From an uncultured Dehalococcoidia bacterium (lineage in GTDB: Bacteria > Chloroflexota > Dehalococcoidia > Lucifugimonadales > UBA3495), in the NCBI GenBank assembly GCA_951812625.1, contig CATOSP010000003.1, positions 18,417 through 82,416 on the forward strand: DNA of 64,000 nt, read 5' to 3'. The notes under the pieces were generated by a model. The model did no database searches, was not told where the DNA came from, and saw only the letters and a program-made list of their open reading frames with translations. The translations under genes were made by a program, and so were the position numbers. Shown here one piece after another: positions 27,425-37,694 of this stretch; positions within the stretch are counted from its first letter, which is position 1, and each line of letters starts with the position of its first letter.

Positions 27425-27867
27425 CGTATAGTCGACCGGCGGGACACGAAGGCCACGAACAGTTGCACCGCCAGCACCAGCCAGATGAACGCTCCCAGGT
27501 ACAGCACCAGGTCGAAGAGCCACCCCGACTCTCCCAGGAAGCCGAAGATGTCATTGACCCACGTCCTCCACGCCACCGAGAAGGTGACCACCAGCCCGAT
27601 GAGCAGCGACACCCGGTGCCCCCGCGAGTTCCTGAAGGACGTGATCAACCTCCGCAGCGGCGACGGCAGCAGGAACTCGATCAGGAAGATGGCCGAAATC
27701 GCCATGCAGACCAACGCCACCAGCAACGGCAGGTGCTCCAGCCACCCCATGGCCATGTTGGGACCCGCATTCACGTAGTGAATCATGATGGGGGATGCCA
27801 GCAGAAACCACGTCGCGCTCAACGTCGCATCCAGCGCGCGGAACCGCCCTCCAACCCCTCGTATCAT
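27421..27867 (-). CDS. Hypothetical membrane protein
   Basis: Four hydrophobic helices; start uncertain. Confidence 0.5.
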   Translation of the reverse strand: MIRGVGGRFRALDATLSATWFLLASPIMIHYVNAGPNMAMGWLEHLPLLVALVCMAISAIFLIEFLLPSPLRRLITSFRNSRGHRVSLLIGLVVTFSVAWRTWVNDIFGFLGESGWLFDLVLYLGAFIWLVLAVQLFVAFVSRRSTIR

Positions 27868-27969
27868 GCCAGGACCTCCCCAATTCACCGGTATCGTTCC
27901 CCTTGCAAGGGGTCTCTTTGTACTGGTTGTACTGTGGCGACCCCGTCCGACTGTACCGGGCAACCGGAG

Positions 27970-28533
27970 CTAGCGGGGGAATATGTCCCTCACGGCGCAG
28001 GTAAAGCCGGGGAGAACGTCCCCGCCGTCCAGGTTGTCCTGCTCACCCAGCAGAACGGGAGGGCCGGATGCGGGATGGACTTCCACGGTGCGGGACTCAG
28101 GGAACACGACCCACACCAGCGCAACGCCGAAGCGCAGCCACATCTGCGCCTTGTCGTTCACCGCGGCCAAACTGTCGGAAGGAGAAGCGATCTCAACCAC
28201 CAGGTCGGGCGCACCCTCGTAGAATCCGGGAGCATCCACGTCCAGCGGCAGCTTCTCCGCGCAGATATATGCAATGTCCGGCTCCCGCACCGTGTCCGGG
28301 CCGCGTTCCAGCATCATCCCGGCGTCGGAAGCAACAAGCCGGCCTAGACGCAGAGGCCGGATAAATGATAACAACAAGAAAATCAGAGTCGTTACGATCT
28401 CGCCGTGCCTTATTCCTGCCGACACTTTCTCTACCAGCACCCCTCTTATCAACTCGCCGCCGGTGCCCTCGCTGTAGAGACGGAGCAGGTCGTCAGCCGT
28501 CAGCAGTTTCGGTCTTGCCTTCGATGTAGTCAT
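27970..28533 (-). CDS. Uma2 family endonuclease
   Basis: ELIRGVL, REPDIAY, APDLVVEIASPSD, VWVVFP, LPGF. Confidence 0.88.
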   Translation of the reverse strand: MTTSKARPKLLTADDLLRLYSEGTGGELIRGVLVEKVSAGIRHGEIVTTLIFLLLSFIRPLRLGRLVASDAGMMLERGPDTVREPDIAYICAEKLPLDVDAPGFYEGAPDLVVEIASPSDSLAAVNDKAQMWLRFGVALVWVVFPESRTVEVHPASGPPVLLGEQDNLDGGDVLPGFTCAVRDIFPR

Positions 28534-28547
28534 AGTTTTGCAGTGCC

Positions 28548-30548
28548 CTATGCGTCCGAATTGAACAGGTGCTTCTGGAACCACCCCAGCGTGCGGGCCA
28601 GGTACTCTTCCCGCATCTTCGGGTGTCCCAGCCGGGTGAAGGAGTGGGAAGACCCGGGGAACCGCACGAACTCCACCTCCTTGCCCAGCCGCTTCAGCAG
28701 GGTGTAATACTCCTCGCTCTGGGAGATGGGGCAGCGGTAGTCCGACTCCCCGTGCAGCAACAGCACCGGCGCGGTGACGTTGCCCGCGTAGGTGATGGGC
28801 GAGCGGAAGAGCAACTCCTGGGCGGCATCGGCCACCGTCCCGCCCCACTGGACCTCGCCGAAGCTGGCGCCTATGTCGGAGGTGCCGTACATGCTGTAGA
28901 GGTCGGTGCAGGGCGCGCCCACCACGCCGGCCACGAACCGGTCGGTGTGGCCCAGGGTCCAGCTGGTCATGAACCCGCCGTAGCTATAGCCGTGTACTCC
29001 CAGCCGCGCCGGGTCCACATAGGGACGCTCCGCCACCAGGTCAACTGCGGCCATCAGGTCCAGGTAGTCCTCGCCGCCCCAGTCCTCCAGCACCGCCGTC
29101 ATGAACCCGTCGCCGTAGGTCGAGGAACCACGGGGGTTGACCGCCAGCACCAGGCAGCCCGCAGTGGCCAGCACCTGCTGCACCGTGGCGAAGGCGTCGT
29201 AGAACGCCCCGTTGGGGCCGCCGTGAATGTCGATCACCAGCGGGTACTGCCGCGACGGGTCGAAGTCCGGCGGGAACCACAACCTAGACTCAATGGGGAA
29301 CCCGCCCCGCTCGAAGGTGAACTTCTCCATGGTTGCCGGTGGGCACTCAGCAAGGTACTCGGCGTTGACCTCGGTAAGCTGCTTGCTGGCACCGGTGTCC
29401 AGGTCCAGCAGCAACAGGTCTCCGGGAGAGGACGGCGACGCCGACAGTTCGACGGCGCGGCGGGCGTCCCGGTCCAGGGCCAGGCCCGAGGTCTGCCGAG
29501 AGCCGCCGTAAAGCTCGTGGACGCCTCCATCATCGACATTGGCCTCGAAGAGGTATGACTCGCCCCGGCGCTCCCCCAAGAACAGGATGCGGCCGTCTTC
29601 CTGCCAGCGTATCGACGGGCCGGGATTCATCGGAGGGAAGCTGACGAAGGGCTTGATGGAGTCGTCGGTGATCCGTTGCGGTTCATGGCCGGGTTGGATG
29701 ACATATAGCCAGGACTGCCATGACACCATGCCTGTGGGGACATCGGTGGCGGCGGCCAGGAGCCTGTCCCCGTCGGGCGACCATGCCAGGGCTCCGACCC
29801 CGCGCAGCCCCTCCGACCATAGCTCCGGTGTTCCGCCTCCAGCGCCACCCCCGGACTGAATGGACGGGCCACTAGCGGACACCACGTAAGCCTCGGTCAA
29901 GGCGTAGATGTCGCGGTCGTCCCGACGCCCGGAGATGAAGGCAACCCGTGAGCCGTCGGGAGACCATGCCCCGGCGTAGTCGTCCCAGTCCCCGTCGGTA
30001 AGCTGGCTGGTCTTTCCATCAGCCGCGTTCACGGTGAACAGGTGGAAGTGGGCATCCCCGCGCCAGCCCAGGGTGTCGTAGCGGTACCTGATGCGGTGGA
30101 TTTCCGTAACTCTCGGGACCGACTCGGGAAGGCCATCGCCCTCAGGGGAGTCCTCCGGAACGTCGGCGCACACCAGCAGCCGCGCGCCGTCTGGAGACCA
30201 TGAGAAGTCCGACGCGCCGCCCGCAAGCGACGTGAGCTGCCGAGCCTCGCCGCCGCCCGCCCCCATGAGCCAGACCTGCCGCTTGTCCCTGTCGTCGGGC
30301 CGCAGGAACCCCAGGGTCTGGCCGTCGGGCGAGAACTTGGGCGCACCGTCCCTCGTCCCCTGCGTGAACTCCACGGTCTGACCGGACTCCAGGTCCATGA
30401 GCATGATCCGGGAGCGGCCTTCCATCTTCTCAGCGTCCACCCACGACAGGGCGTAGGCCAACCGGGACCCGTCGGGAGACAGGGCCGGGTCTCCCACATT
30501 CTTCAGCTTGTAGATAACGTCAGGCGCAATGGGGCTGGTCATGGCCAT
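28548..30548 (-). CDS. S9 family peptidase (acylaminoacyl peptidase) with beta-propeller
   Basis: SPDG repeats, IHGGP, GYSYGG nucleophile, HGESDYRC, FPGSSH. Confidence 0.92.
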   Translation of the reverse strand: MAMTSPIAPDVIYKLKNVGDPALSPDGSRLAYALSWVDAEKMEGRSRIMLMDLESGQTVEFTQGTRDGAPKFSPDGQTLGFLRPDDRDKRQVWLMGAGGGEARQLTSLAGGASDFSWSPDGARLLVCADVPEDSPEGDGLPESVPRVTEIHRIRYRYDTLGWRGDAHFHLFTVNAADGKTSQLTDGDWDDYAGAWSPDGSRVAFISGRRDDRDIYALTEAYVVSASGPSIQSGGGAGGGTPELWSEGLRGVGALAWSPDGDRLLAAATDVPTGMVSWQSWLYVIQPGHEPQRITDDSIKPFVSFPPMNPGPSIRWQEDGRILFLGERRGESYLFEANVDDGGVHELYGGSRQTSGLALDRDARRAVELSASPSSPGDLLLLDLDTGASKQLTEVNAEYLAECPPATMEKFTFERGGFPIESRLWFPPDFDPSRQYPLVIDIHGGPNGAFYDAFATVQQVLATAGCLVLAVNPRGSSTYGDGFMTAVLEDWGGEDYLDLMAAVDLVAERPYVDPARLGVHGYSYGGFMTSWTLGHTDRFVAGVVGAPCTDLYSMYGTSDIGASFGEVQWGGTVADAAQELLFRSPITYAGNVTAPVLLLHGESDYRCPISQSEEYYTLLKRLGKEVEFVRFPGSSHSFTRLGHPKMREEYLARTLGWFQKHLFNSDA

Positions 30549-30606
30549 TTACCTCACGAGTGATGACTATTTTAATGCTGAGGTGGAATTTACATTGTGG
30601 CAAACC

Positions 30607-31485
30607 TTAGAGCCAAAGATTTCCATTGCGGACGACCCGAGCTTTGCCATGATTTGGGCGTAGGCCAAGGTTGCGGCGTACCGAAACTACGTTTCTCTTT
30701 AGCGTGGTCTCTGCCCAGCGCGACTGGAAGGTACCATCCAGCCCCCATACTTGGCACGGCGGCAGAAAGATGTCACCGTACTGGGGGTCACCGACGCCAA
30801 CGTACTTGTTCTCGGCCACGCACAGAGCAGCGAGGGCGCAGATGAAAGCGGCTCGGTGGTCGTGGTCAGTAATGGAATCGAGGGGCCTGGCCAACAGCGT
30901 TCCGGGGGCCAGATGCTCGATTAGCTTTAGCAAGTAACCATTCTTGACCGCAATTTCCCAAAACACATCAGATTTCTTGCCACGTTTAATGGGTTTTTTG
31001 ATGTTTTGAAAATCGTCATCAGAAAGGAGAACGCCCAGGAAGGCATTGGGGAAGACTTCTACAATTCGTGACGGGTGAATCCGATCCGGATGGCTGGCGA
31101 TACCCAGATTGAGGTGTTTACTACTCTGGAGTCTTAGGACCAAATTCGCCAATTCTGTGGCGTGTTGGTGGAGGGCCTGCCCGTTGTTAGAGTTGGTTGG
31201 GCCAGGTTTACAACGAGATTGGAAACTCCCCCTTGAAAGCAGCGCTTCGGTGGCCCGATAACAGTTAACAATCTGCAAGTCCGAGGCGAGAGGGCCATCT
31301 ATGCCGACGGCGGCCAAGGCTGTGCCGGCAGGGACAAGTCGCCGGATGTCTACTAATCGCTTGTCGTCCTGGGTGACAGTGTTGCAACACTGCCATTGGA
31401 GCTTGGTCTGGTCTAAGGTGATTAGACACAGTCCTGTCGTGGGTTTGGATTCAGAATGGCCAACGTCTATGCCCATGTAATTCAT
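30607..31485 (-). CDS. DUF429 family predicted nuclease
   Basis: GIDVG, VGIDGPL, IVEVFPNA, DHDHRAA. Confidence 0.7.
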   Translation of the reverse strand: MNYMGIDVGHSESKPTTGLCLITLDQTKLQWQCCNTVTQDDKRLVDIRRLVPAGTALAAVGIDGPLASDLQIVNCYRATEALLSRGSFQSRCKPGPTNSNNGQALHQHATELANLVLRLQSSKHLNLGIASHPDRIHPSRIVEVFPNAFLGVLLSDDDFQNIKKPIKRGKKSDVFWEIAVKNGYLLKLIEHLAPGTLLARPLDSITDHDHRAAFICALAALCVAENKYVGVGDPQYGDIFLPPCQVWGLDGTFQSRWAETTLKRNVVSVRRNLGLRPNHGKARVVRNGNLWL

Positions 31486-31746
31486 GGCAGATCCTGTTTT
31501 AGACAGTCTAGTCAACTGACAGTGGCGGTGGATTCCTGCTCCCGCGAGAATCGTAGACAACCCCTGTGTAGCCGGGCGAGACCATGAAGATCACCTATCT
31601 TCATGGTAATGATGGGTTGGGGCCATGAATAACACCACAAGAGGTGTTGTGCTATTAGGGAACGGGGCCGGCGCTGCAGCCGACCCCATTTGTTAATGTA
31701 GTGTTCTGTTTCGGCTGGTCTCGCCAACTCGCGCCTACAGACGCCC

Positions 31747-32406
31747 CTAGAGCTGGAAGGTCTTCTTCCAGATGCCGGGCGAACCTTCGGCGTGGGTCAT
31801 CAGGTCGCGCATCCTGGGATTGTCGGGGTTGATGTCCCGCTGCGCCTGCCACGGGTCCGTGTCGGACACGCCCTCGTGCTCGAACTCGTAGACCACGGCG
31901 TACTTGGGCTGGCCCCGGACCGCCCGCCAGCGGCGGCCCCGGATGCAGCCGGGCACCTTCTCGTAGTTGGGCACGTAGACGCCGCTGTACCAGCGGTTCC
32001 ACTCGTCCTCGTTCTCCGGGGAAATGTCCATCCTGCCGATCTGCAGTGCGGGGGCCATGTCGCTGTTGGCGATGCTATCGTTCAGCTCTGCGGGGTGGAC
32101 CATCTCGTAGACGTTGTTGATGAAGTTGGTGCCGATGATGCTGGGGCTGACCCGCGAGCCCCACTCGGTGCGGGGCCGGTTCTTGAAGGCGTCGGTCTCG
32201 ATGACCGCGGGGCTTTCAAGCTCGTAGCAGGCCAGGTGCTTCGGGCCGCTCCTGACCGCCTCGTACCGGGCCGCGTTCAGGATTCCGGGGACTGACAGCA
32301 GTTCCTTCAGGTGCTCCTCGTTGTACCAGCGGTTGAAGTCGTCCTCCTTGTCGGCCGGAATGTCGGCCCAGACCATCATCAGCGCGGTGCCTTTCTTGTT
32401 CGCCAT
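31747..32406 (-). CDS. DUF4286/EthD-like tandem-domain protein
   Basis: FNRWYNEEHL..LLSVPG and WNRWYSGVYVP..KVPG duplicated units. Confidence 0.7.
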   Translation of the reverse strand: MANKKGTALMMVWADIPADKEDDFNRWYNEEHLKELLSVPGILNAARYEAVRSGPKHLACYELESPAVIETDAFKNRPRTEWGSRVSPSIIGTNFINNVYEMVHPAELNDSIANSDMAPALQIGRMDISPENEDEWNRWYSGVYVPNYEKVPGCIRGRRWRAVRGQPKYAVVYEFEHEGVSDTDPWQAQRDINPDNPRMRDLMTHAEGSPGIWKKTFQL

Positions 32407-32431
32407 AGTTCCCTCCTTATATATGCGCTAC

Positions 32432-32710
32432 TTAATTAACGTACTCCCTGGCGTTTTCCTCGGCCTGGCGGCGGGCTACAGACAGTTCATAGCTGGCCTG
32501 CCGGCGCATCCAGAATTCGGCGGTGGACCAGCCGATGCGCTCCAGGGCCAAGGCAACGGAAGGCGATATGCCGCAGTGCCCGTTCAGCAGCCGCGAAGCG
32601 GTCGTGCGGCTGATTCCCAGCCGCTCCGCGAATTCATTGACGCTCCAGCCTGCGGCTTCGAGGCTGTCCTTGAGGTTGGCCCCGGGATGTGTGCGGACAC
32701 GGACAGACAT
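32432..32710 (-). CDS. higA: HigA family antitoxin (HTH)
   Basis: HPGANL...FAERLGISRTTASRLLNG..GISPSVALAL...AEFWMRRQASYEL. Confidence 0.88.
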   Translation of the reverse strand: MSVRVRTHPGANLKDSLEAAGWSVNEFAERLGISRTTASRLLNGHCGISPSVALALERIGWSTAEFWMRRQASYELSVARRQAEENAREYVN

Positions 32711-32721
32711 GGGCGATCCCC

Positions 32722-32810
32722 CTAGTGGTAATCTTCCAGGTCTATGTCTACGGCGTAACTTGTAGTTTCCCCGTCCTCTAACCTGAAAGTCAGCCGCCGG
32801 TTGCCGGATC
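32722..32810 (-). pseudogene. higB: C-terminal remnant of a HigB (RelE-type) toxin
   Basis: SGNRRLTFRLEDGETTSYAVDIDLEDYH-stop matches the HigB C-terminus; 5' part missing. Confidence 0.7.
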
Positions 32811-32884
32811 ACCTTCCCTTGAGCAGCTTACCCAACTACCCCCACCGGGCATCCATCACGAACCGGACTATGGGAAGTGCCTCC

Positions 32885-33490
32885 TTAAAGCCCGTACTTT
32901 TGATATTCTTGCGACTGCACTAAGCTCAATGAACCGTCTAGTTTTTCTCTGAATACACTCCATAGGTTCAGCAGCAACGTACTATCTGGCTGTCGTTTGA
33001 GCAATTCTTGGATTATCACGAGTATGGCTATGTCGAAGTCTTTGAAGTTAAGTGAGTATCTTCTGTTCCGCTCATACAAGTACCGTGACTCTTCGAACAT
33101 CAGCCTGTATTCCCCCAAAAACTCCTCGTACGATAGACTCTGAGCGGCTGCGCTACGGCCGCTTGCATTTTGCCATCTGGAACGTATTCGACTCTTGACA
33201 TCTTTTCCCAGAGATTCGAAGAGCCTCAACAAATCATGAGTGTTCTCAGGGTTACTATTGGGATTCAGGCTTCTATACAGAGCTTTTATCGCAATCTCCA
33301 ATGTGAATGATTGAGAAAGCTCCATTATCTGCGACAGTCCTACTATCCGATGCTCAAGGCCGGAGCGTAACCCAGTTACTGAGGTAGTGAGGTTATTCTG
33401 GTGTGTAGCCAACAACTTCCCTAGTATGCTGCCAATGGTTTGTGAACCTGCCCATAGTTGTACGATTTCAGTTTCGATATCTACTGGCAT
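32885..33490 (-). CDS. HEPN-like domain protein
   Basis: FTLEIAIKAL...THDLLRLFESL...FEESRYLYE; low GC. Confidence 0.55.
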   Translation of the reverse strand: MPVDIETEIVQLWAGSQTIGSILGKLLATHQNNLTTSVTGLRSGLEHRIVGLSQIMELSQSFTLEIAIKALYRSLNPNSNPENTHDLLRLFESLGKDVKSRIRSRWQNASGRSAAAQSLSYEEFLGEYRLMFEESRYLYERNRRYSLNFKDFDIAILVIIQELLKRQPDSTLLLNLWSVFREKLDGSLSLVQSQEYQKYGL

Positions 33491-33554
33491 GGCTTGTCCT
33501 TACGGCTACCAACACTTGAACTCGTTAGAGTTAACTCTAACAAGCTGATCCTCG

Positions 33555-33962
33555 TTAGACCAGCTTTCGCAGCATCGCCAGGTCTTCCTTCGCCGATGGG
33601 TCCAGCCTTCCCTCGTGCTTCCCCAACGATTCCAGGTAATCGCTCAGACTTGTGAGAAGGTCAAATACGGCAGTGTGCCACGTGGAGCCGCCCCCGTATT
33701 CCTCAAATGCCAGGGGGAAACCAACCAGGACCTGCTGGCACTCAAAGCATTCACGCACTTCGACGTGCAGATCATCCAACAATTCCCAGGACTCCTCCCA
33801 TCCATCCTCCCAGGAATAGCGCGCCGGGATGACGAACTTCTTGACCAGCAGCCTTTCCCTGCATCCCGGATGTTCCTGATCGCATGGCAGCAGGGGCAAT
33901 TGGGCTTCCAGCTTATACTGGGCCAAAGCCTCAGACTCCGGGCTGCGCACTTCATCGGCCAT
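33555..33962 (-). CDS. Hypothetical protein with a HicB-like C-terminal domain
   Basis: FEEYGGGSTWHTAVFDLLTSLSDYLESL. Confidence 0.45.
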   Translation of the reverse strand: MADEVRSPESEALAQYKLEAQLPLLPCDQEHPGCRERLLVKKFVIPARYSWEDGWEESWELLDDLHVEVRECFECQQVLVGFPLAFEEYGGGSTWHTAVFDLLTSLSDYLESLGKHEGRLDPSAKEDLAMLRKLV

Positions 33963-34066
33963 TCCAGTCCCTCCCAAGTGAGGCGGCTAACCCAATTCTA
34001 TACCAACGTCAACTCCGCCGCCTGAACCCAATGAGGAGTCGGGGAAAAATTCATTTTTCCGGTCAA

Positions 34067-34099
34067 GTATGGTAGTCCGTGGCCGACTGACCGGACATT
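34067..34099 (-). repeat. Dispersed repeat R, copy 3
   Basis: Exact reverse complement of the 33-bp core. Confidence 0.9.
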
Positions 34100-34383
34100 C
34101 CCGCTTGCCGCTGAGCGGGGCTGGAGCCGGAAAATTTGGAGTTTCCTCTCAAATCCGCTCATTTCCGCTCACTTTTACGAATTCCGGCGCTCCGGCGCAT
34201 TGGCAGAATTCCTGGTGAGGCTGCGGGATAGTACCGCGCGCATAGGGGTCCGTCACCCGACCGGTGGATGGGACCTGGCCCTCGTCAGGTTGGCGAACCA
34301 GTCCTGACGGGCACAGGACTATGATAGGGGAGTGTGTCCGGGGTTGGAAAGCGGCAAATGCCACTGAGGCGGCTGACCCAATT

Positions 34384-34767
34384 CTATACCGACGCCAGCC
34401 TCTCGGCGTCCTCGATGTACTGGGCAGCTTCCCTGATGCGCCTCTCAGTATCATCCAACGGCTCGCAGTTGCCGTTGTAGAAGCAATCATTATGCAGGAA
34501 GCGGGCGGTAGCCCCGAACCGGTCCTGCAGCGACCTCGACGCCTCGCTGCCTCGACCCAAAGCACGAAGTCTGCCGGAGACCTGTGTGGTGGTGGTCAGA
34601 GCCTCGTTGGTGGAAGCGAGGATCAGGGCCTCTGTAGCCCGCCTTACCGCACACCACGCCTTCTCTGCCGCATCCCGGATGTCCCCGGCTTCCAGGCGTG
34701 CCAGCGCCTCGGCATGGACAGCCCTGGCGTCGGCAAAGATGTCCGCTGGTGACCTCGTCGTTGTCAT
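34384..34767 (-). CDS. PaREP1/HEPN-like protein
   Basis: LEAGDIRDAAEKAWCA..RAT.ALIL...LHNDCFYNGNCEP. Confidence 0.65.
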   Translation of the reverse strand: MTTTRSPADIFADARAVHAEALARLEAGDIRDAAEKAWCAVRRATEALILASTNEALTTTTQVSGRLRALGRGSEASRSLQDRFGATARFLHNDCFYNGNCEPLDDTERRIREAAQYIEDAERLASV

Positions 34768-34913
34768 GGCCCTTCCTTATGTGTGGCATTGGATATAGTG
34801 TCCAATTCTATACCCGCGCAGACTCCACGGCCCGCACCAACGGCAACACAAAAGACCGCTGGCGGGAGCAGTGCCTCCACCGCCCCCGCCAGCAGCAATC
34901 ATCGACGCGGCAA

Positions 34914-36566
34914 CTAGGCCCGGAACTGGTCTATGCCCACCGTTGCCGGGGTGGGACCGCTGGGATGCACCAGCGACTTGGCCCGGTCCGCGCCGACCAC
35001 CACGATGTAGTAGCGGTTGGCGTTGTCCAGCACCGGCACATTGATGTTCAGCCGCTGCTCCTCAGTGAGACCTTCCAGCCATTTCCAGTTGGCGGCTACC
35101 CGCGCCTCGCCAGCCAGCGGCATGTACTGGATCATCTTGCCCAGGCTGGTGTTGGCGTGGAAGTGGAGGAACTCCTTGGCCGCCCGTTTCGAGAAGCCCT
35201 CGGCCCCCACGATGCGCGCCACGTCCGGGGGCATCAGGATCAGACGCTCCGCCCCGTGGCTCTCACCCAGGCTGCGGGTGCCGAAAGTCGCGCCGTAGGC
35301 GATGGTCTTCAGCAGCCCATCGGCGGTGGTGTTCCCCTGGTCCTGCACGTCCAGTTCACCGTCTGTGGTGAACACGCTGACCGCGCTGTCCCGGTCATTG
35401 AACCCCTGGTTCACGTGGAACGGCTCCCAGGGACTCATCTCCTCGTTCTCCGCGATGCAGTGGACGAACTTGCGAGGAGTCCCCACCGTGTCCATGTCCA
35501 TCTGGTTCGGGTACCAGTAGCCGATATTCCGCAGGCACAGGGAGAACGCCCGGCCTATGGTGATGTTCACCCGGTTGTCCCGGCCCGGACCCAGGGCGGC
35601 ACGGGGATTCAGCCCCACCTCTTTGGCAATGGGGCCGTTCACCACCAGCATCGGTGCGTGGGCGCTGGTGGACATCAGCAGCGACTTGCCGCCGTACCCT
35701 CCGACCTGGGAAAGCGCCTTGACCGCCGCGATTATCACCGGCATGTGCTCCGGTTTGGCTCCGGCCATCGCCGCGTTGATGGCGATCTTCTCCACCGTGG
35801 CCAGCCCGAAGCCTGGCGGCATATCGCAGACCAGGTGGTCGGCGGGCAGGCACGTCCCCGCGATCAGCGCGTCCACGTCCTCCCGCGTCGCGGGCAGCAG
35901 CGGGAAGCTGTCGCCCCAGTCCCTGCCGATGAAATCCTCGTTCATCCGCAGCACCGCATCGAAGCGGTCGTCGCCCTCGAAGCGGAACGCGCCCTCGGTG
36001 TCGATGCCATGCTGCCCGACGGTCCCGTCCGTCTCGTCCGTCAACGCCTGGACCAGGTCGTCGAAGGCCAATTCCGTCTGCCGGACGCACTCGTCGTTGG
36101 GCAGGTTGCGGTAGATGCGGGGCACCAGCACGAAGCGCAGGTCGGGCATGGCAAAGGCGCGGGAGCTGGAGATGGCGTCTCCCTCGAACCTGCCCGACAC
36201 GATGGGGACTGCGGGCTTGCCCATCTTTTCGACTTCAATCATGTCGTGGACCATCCACGAACAGCAGGTCCCTCAATCCGCCGTGGCCCCGATGACCACG
36301 TCGCACTCCTCGGCGGCCGCCCTGACCAGGGGCGGCGAGATGGGATAGCCGGAACCGGCGTAGAAACGGGTCTCGCAGTTCTCGAACCGCTCCTCCAGCA
36401 TCTCCCCCACCCTTTTCAGGGCCAGGTCGCCGCCGTGGGTGCCGCTCCAGAGCAGCCCCACCTTGAGGTTGTTCAGGCTCTCCGGCCTGGGGTTAATGGG
36501 CCGCGCCGTGACCACTCCCCGCTGCTCCGCCACCGGGTTCAAAACTTCCAACAGGTGCATTGCCAT
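34914..36566 (-). CDS. UGSC-family selenoprotein (in-frame UGA, U-G-T-C) fused to its usual partner domain
   Basis: GGAGGT RBS; ATAD-TGA-GTCCSWMVHD reads in frame into ORF 34914..36254; hairpin just downstream of the UGA. Confidence 0.8.
36242..36263 (-). promoter_or_regulatory. Putative bacterial SECIS element
   Basis: UGU-U(bulge)-CGUGGA-UGG-UCCACG-ACA, apical loop about 19 nt 3' of the UGA. Confidence 0.6.
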
Positions 36567-36654
36567 ACCTCCATAACATGCAACTTTGACCAAGAATTAT
36601 GCCGTAACATCCAAGCTGAGGGACGCTGTAGATCCTCTCCGTGGCGACTTTCCC

Positions 36655-37323
36655 TTATGCCGCCACCCTCTGCCCAGTAATCTTGTACACTAACGTGTCC
36701 ATCTTGCTGAAAGCGCGCCCCAGTTTTCGAGTGTTCAAAGTAAACCCATTGATCAAGTCATGCGAATTCAAAGGCTGTTCAAGTTGGTATATTATCCTGT
36801 CAATTCTCAAAAGGTACACCCACTGGACACCGGCGCATATCAAAGAATACGACGCCCCGAATACCAACACCGGGACATACTGAGACACAGTGTAAACGTC
36901 AACCTGCAAGTCAATGACCGCCATGATGACTCCACCAGTGAAGGCCACTATCCCAACTGGAGTAGTGACAATGCAGAACCCTGCGATGGTCAACCAGACC
37001 GTTGACGCCGGGCGGGCGGACCGATGGTCTTGCGCTTGGTCATTGCTTTGCCCTAACCGTGATTCCAATAGTGCGTCCAATCGTACTTCCAACGAGTCCA
37101 GCCGTTTCTCGACGAGAAGCAGCACGACGCGGCACATCTTCAGGCCGAGCCAGATTGCCATAGTAACCACAATGGACATTGCAATGCCCTGAGCAGTGGC
37201 TTCATCAGCGGAGTCGCCTAATTTTGAGAGTCCGTACAGAACACCGATGACGGAGCCGTATAGCAGCAGGCGAAAGTCAACAGGACTTGCTTTGTTGACA
37301 TTACTCAAGCTCCGGCGGTTCAT
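36655..37323 (-). CDS. Hypothetical membrane protein
   Basis: Four hydrophobic segments, lower GC. Confidence 0.5.
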   Translation of the reverse strand: MNRRSLSNVNKASPVDFRLLLYGSVIGVLYGLSKLGDSADEATAQGIAMSIVVTMAIWLGLKMCRVVLLLVEKRLDSLEVRLDALLESRLGQSNDQAQDHRSARPASTVWLTIAGFCIVTTPVGIVAFTGGVIMAVIDLQVDVYTVSQYVPVLVFGASYSLICAGVQWVYLLRIDRIIYQLEQPLNSHDLINGFTLNTRKLGRAFSKMDTLVYKITGQRVAA

Positions 37324-37327
37324 GGGT

Positions 37328-37615
37328 TCACTCCCTTCTGCCGGACATCGAATCCCGGGTGGATACGATGGTGTCCCAGACTACAATGAAGGCCCCACAT
37401 GCGGCAATCACCACCGCGCCGTACACCAGAGATACGTCAAGGACAACCTTGACGATCTGGTAAGACTTGGACTCCTTCGGTAGAGTGAGGCCGACTAACC
37501 ATTCCAGCGCCATACCGGACAGTACCAGCACTGCGGCCAGCACCAAAGACCGCAGGAACGGTATGATGACACGTATTACCGAGTATACAGCATCCCGAAA
37601 TTCTCTCCGCAGCAT
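37328..37615 (-). CDS. Small membrane protein
   Basis: Two hydrophobic helices; 4 nt from the next gene. Confidence 0.5.
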   Translation of the reverse strand: MLRREFRDAVYSVIRVIIPFLRSLVLAAVLVLSGMALEWLVGLTLPKESKSYQIVKVVLDVSLVYGAVVIAACGAFIVVWDTIVSTRDSMSGRRE

Positions 37616-37694
37616 TACGAAGAGTTATCCTGGCCCGTGGCAGTCCCGCCAACCTCGCAAACTGCGGCGACATTAGAATCCGGTTTCCATGACT

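Larger units (their letters stand above)
33979..34814. repeat. Three direct copies of a ccaattctatacc element (repeat family P)
   Basis: 33979-34011 and 34365-34397 match at 30/33; 13-bp core again at 34802-34814. Confidence 0.8.

Noticed and set aside
34698-36680. Long antisense/alternative-frame ORFs (also 47430..49466, 13732..15507, 54014..55657)
   Set aside because: Typical high-GC shadow ORFs overlapping well-supported genes.
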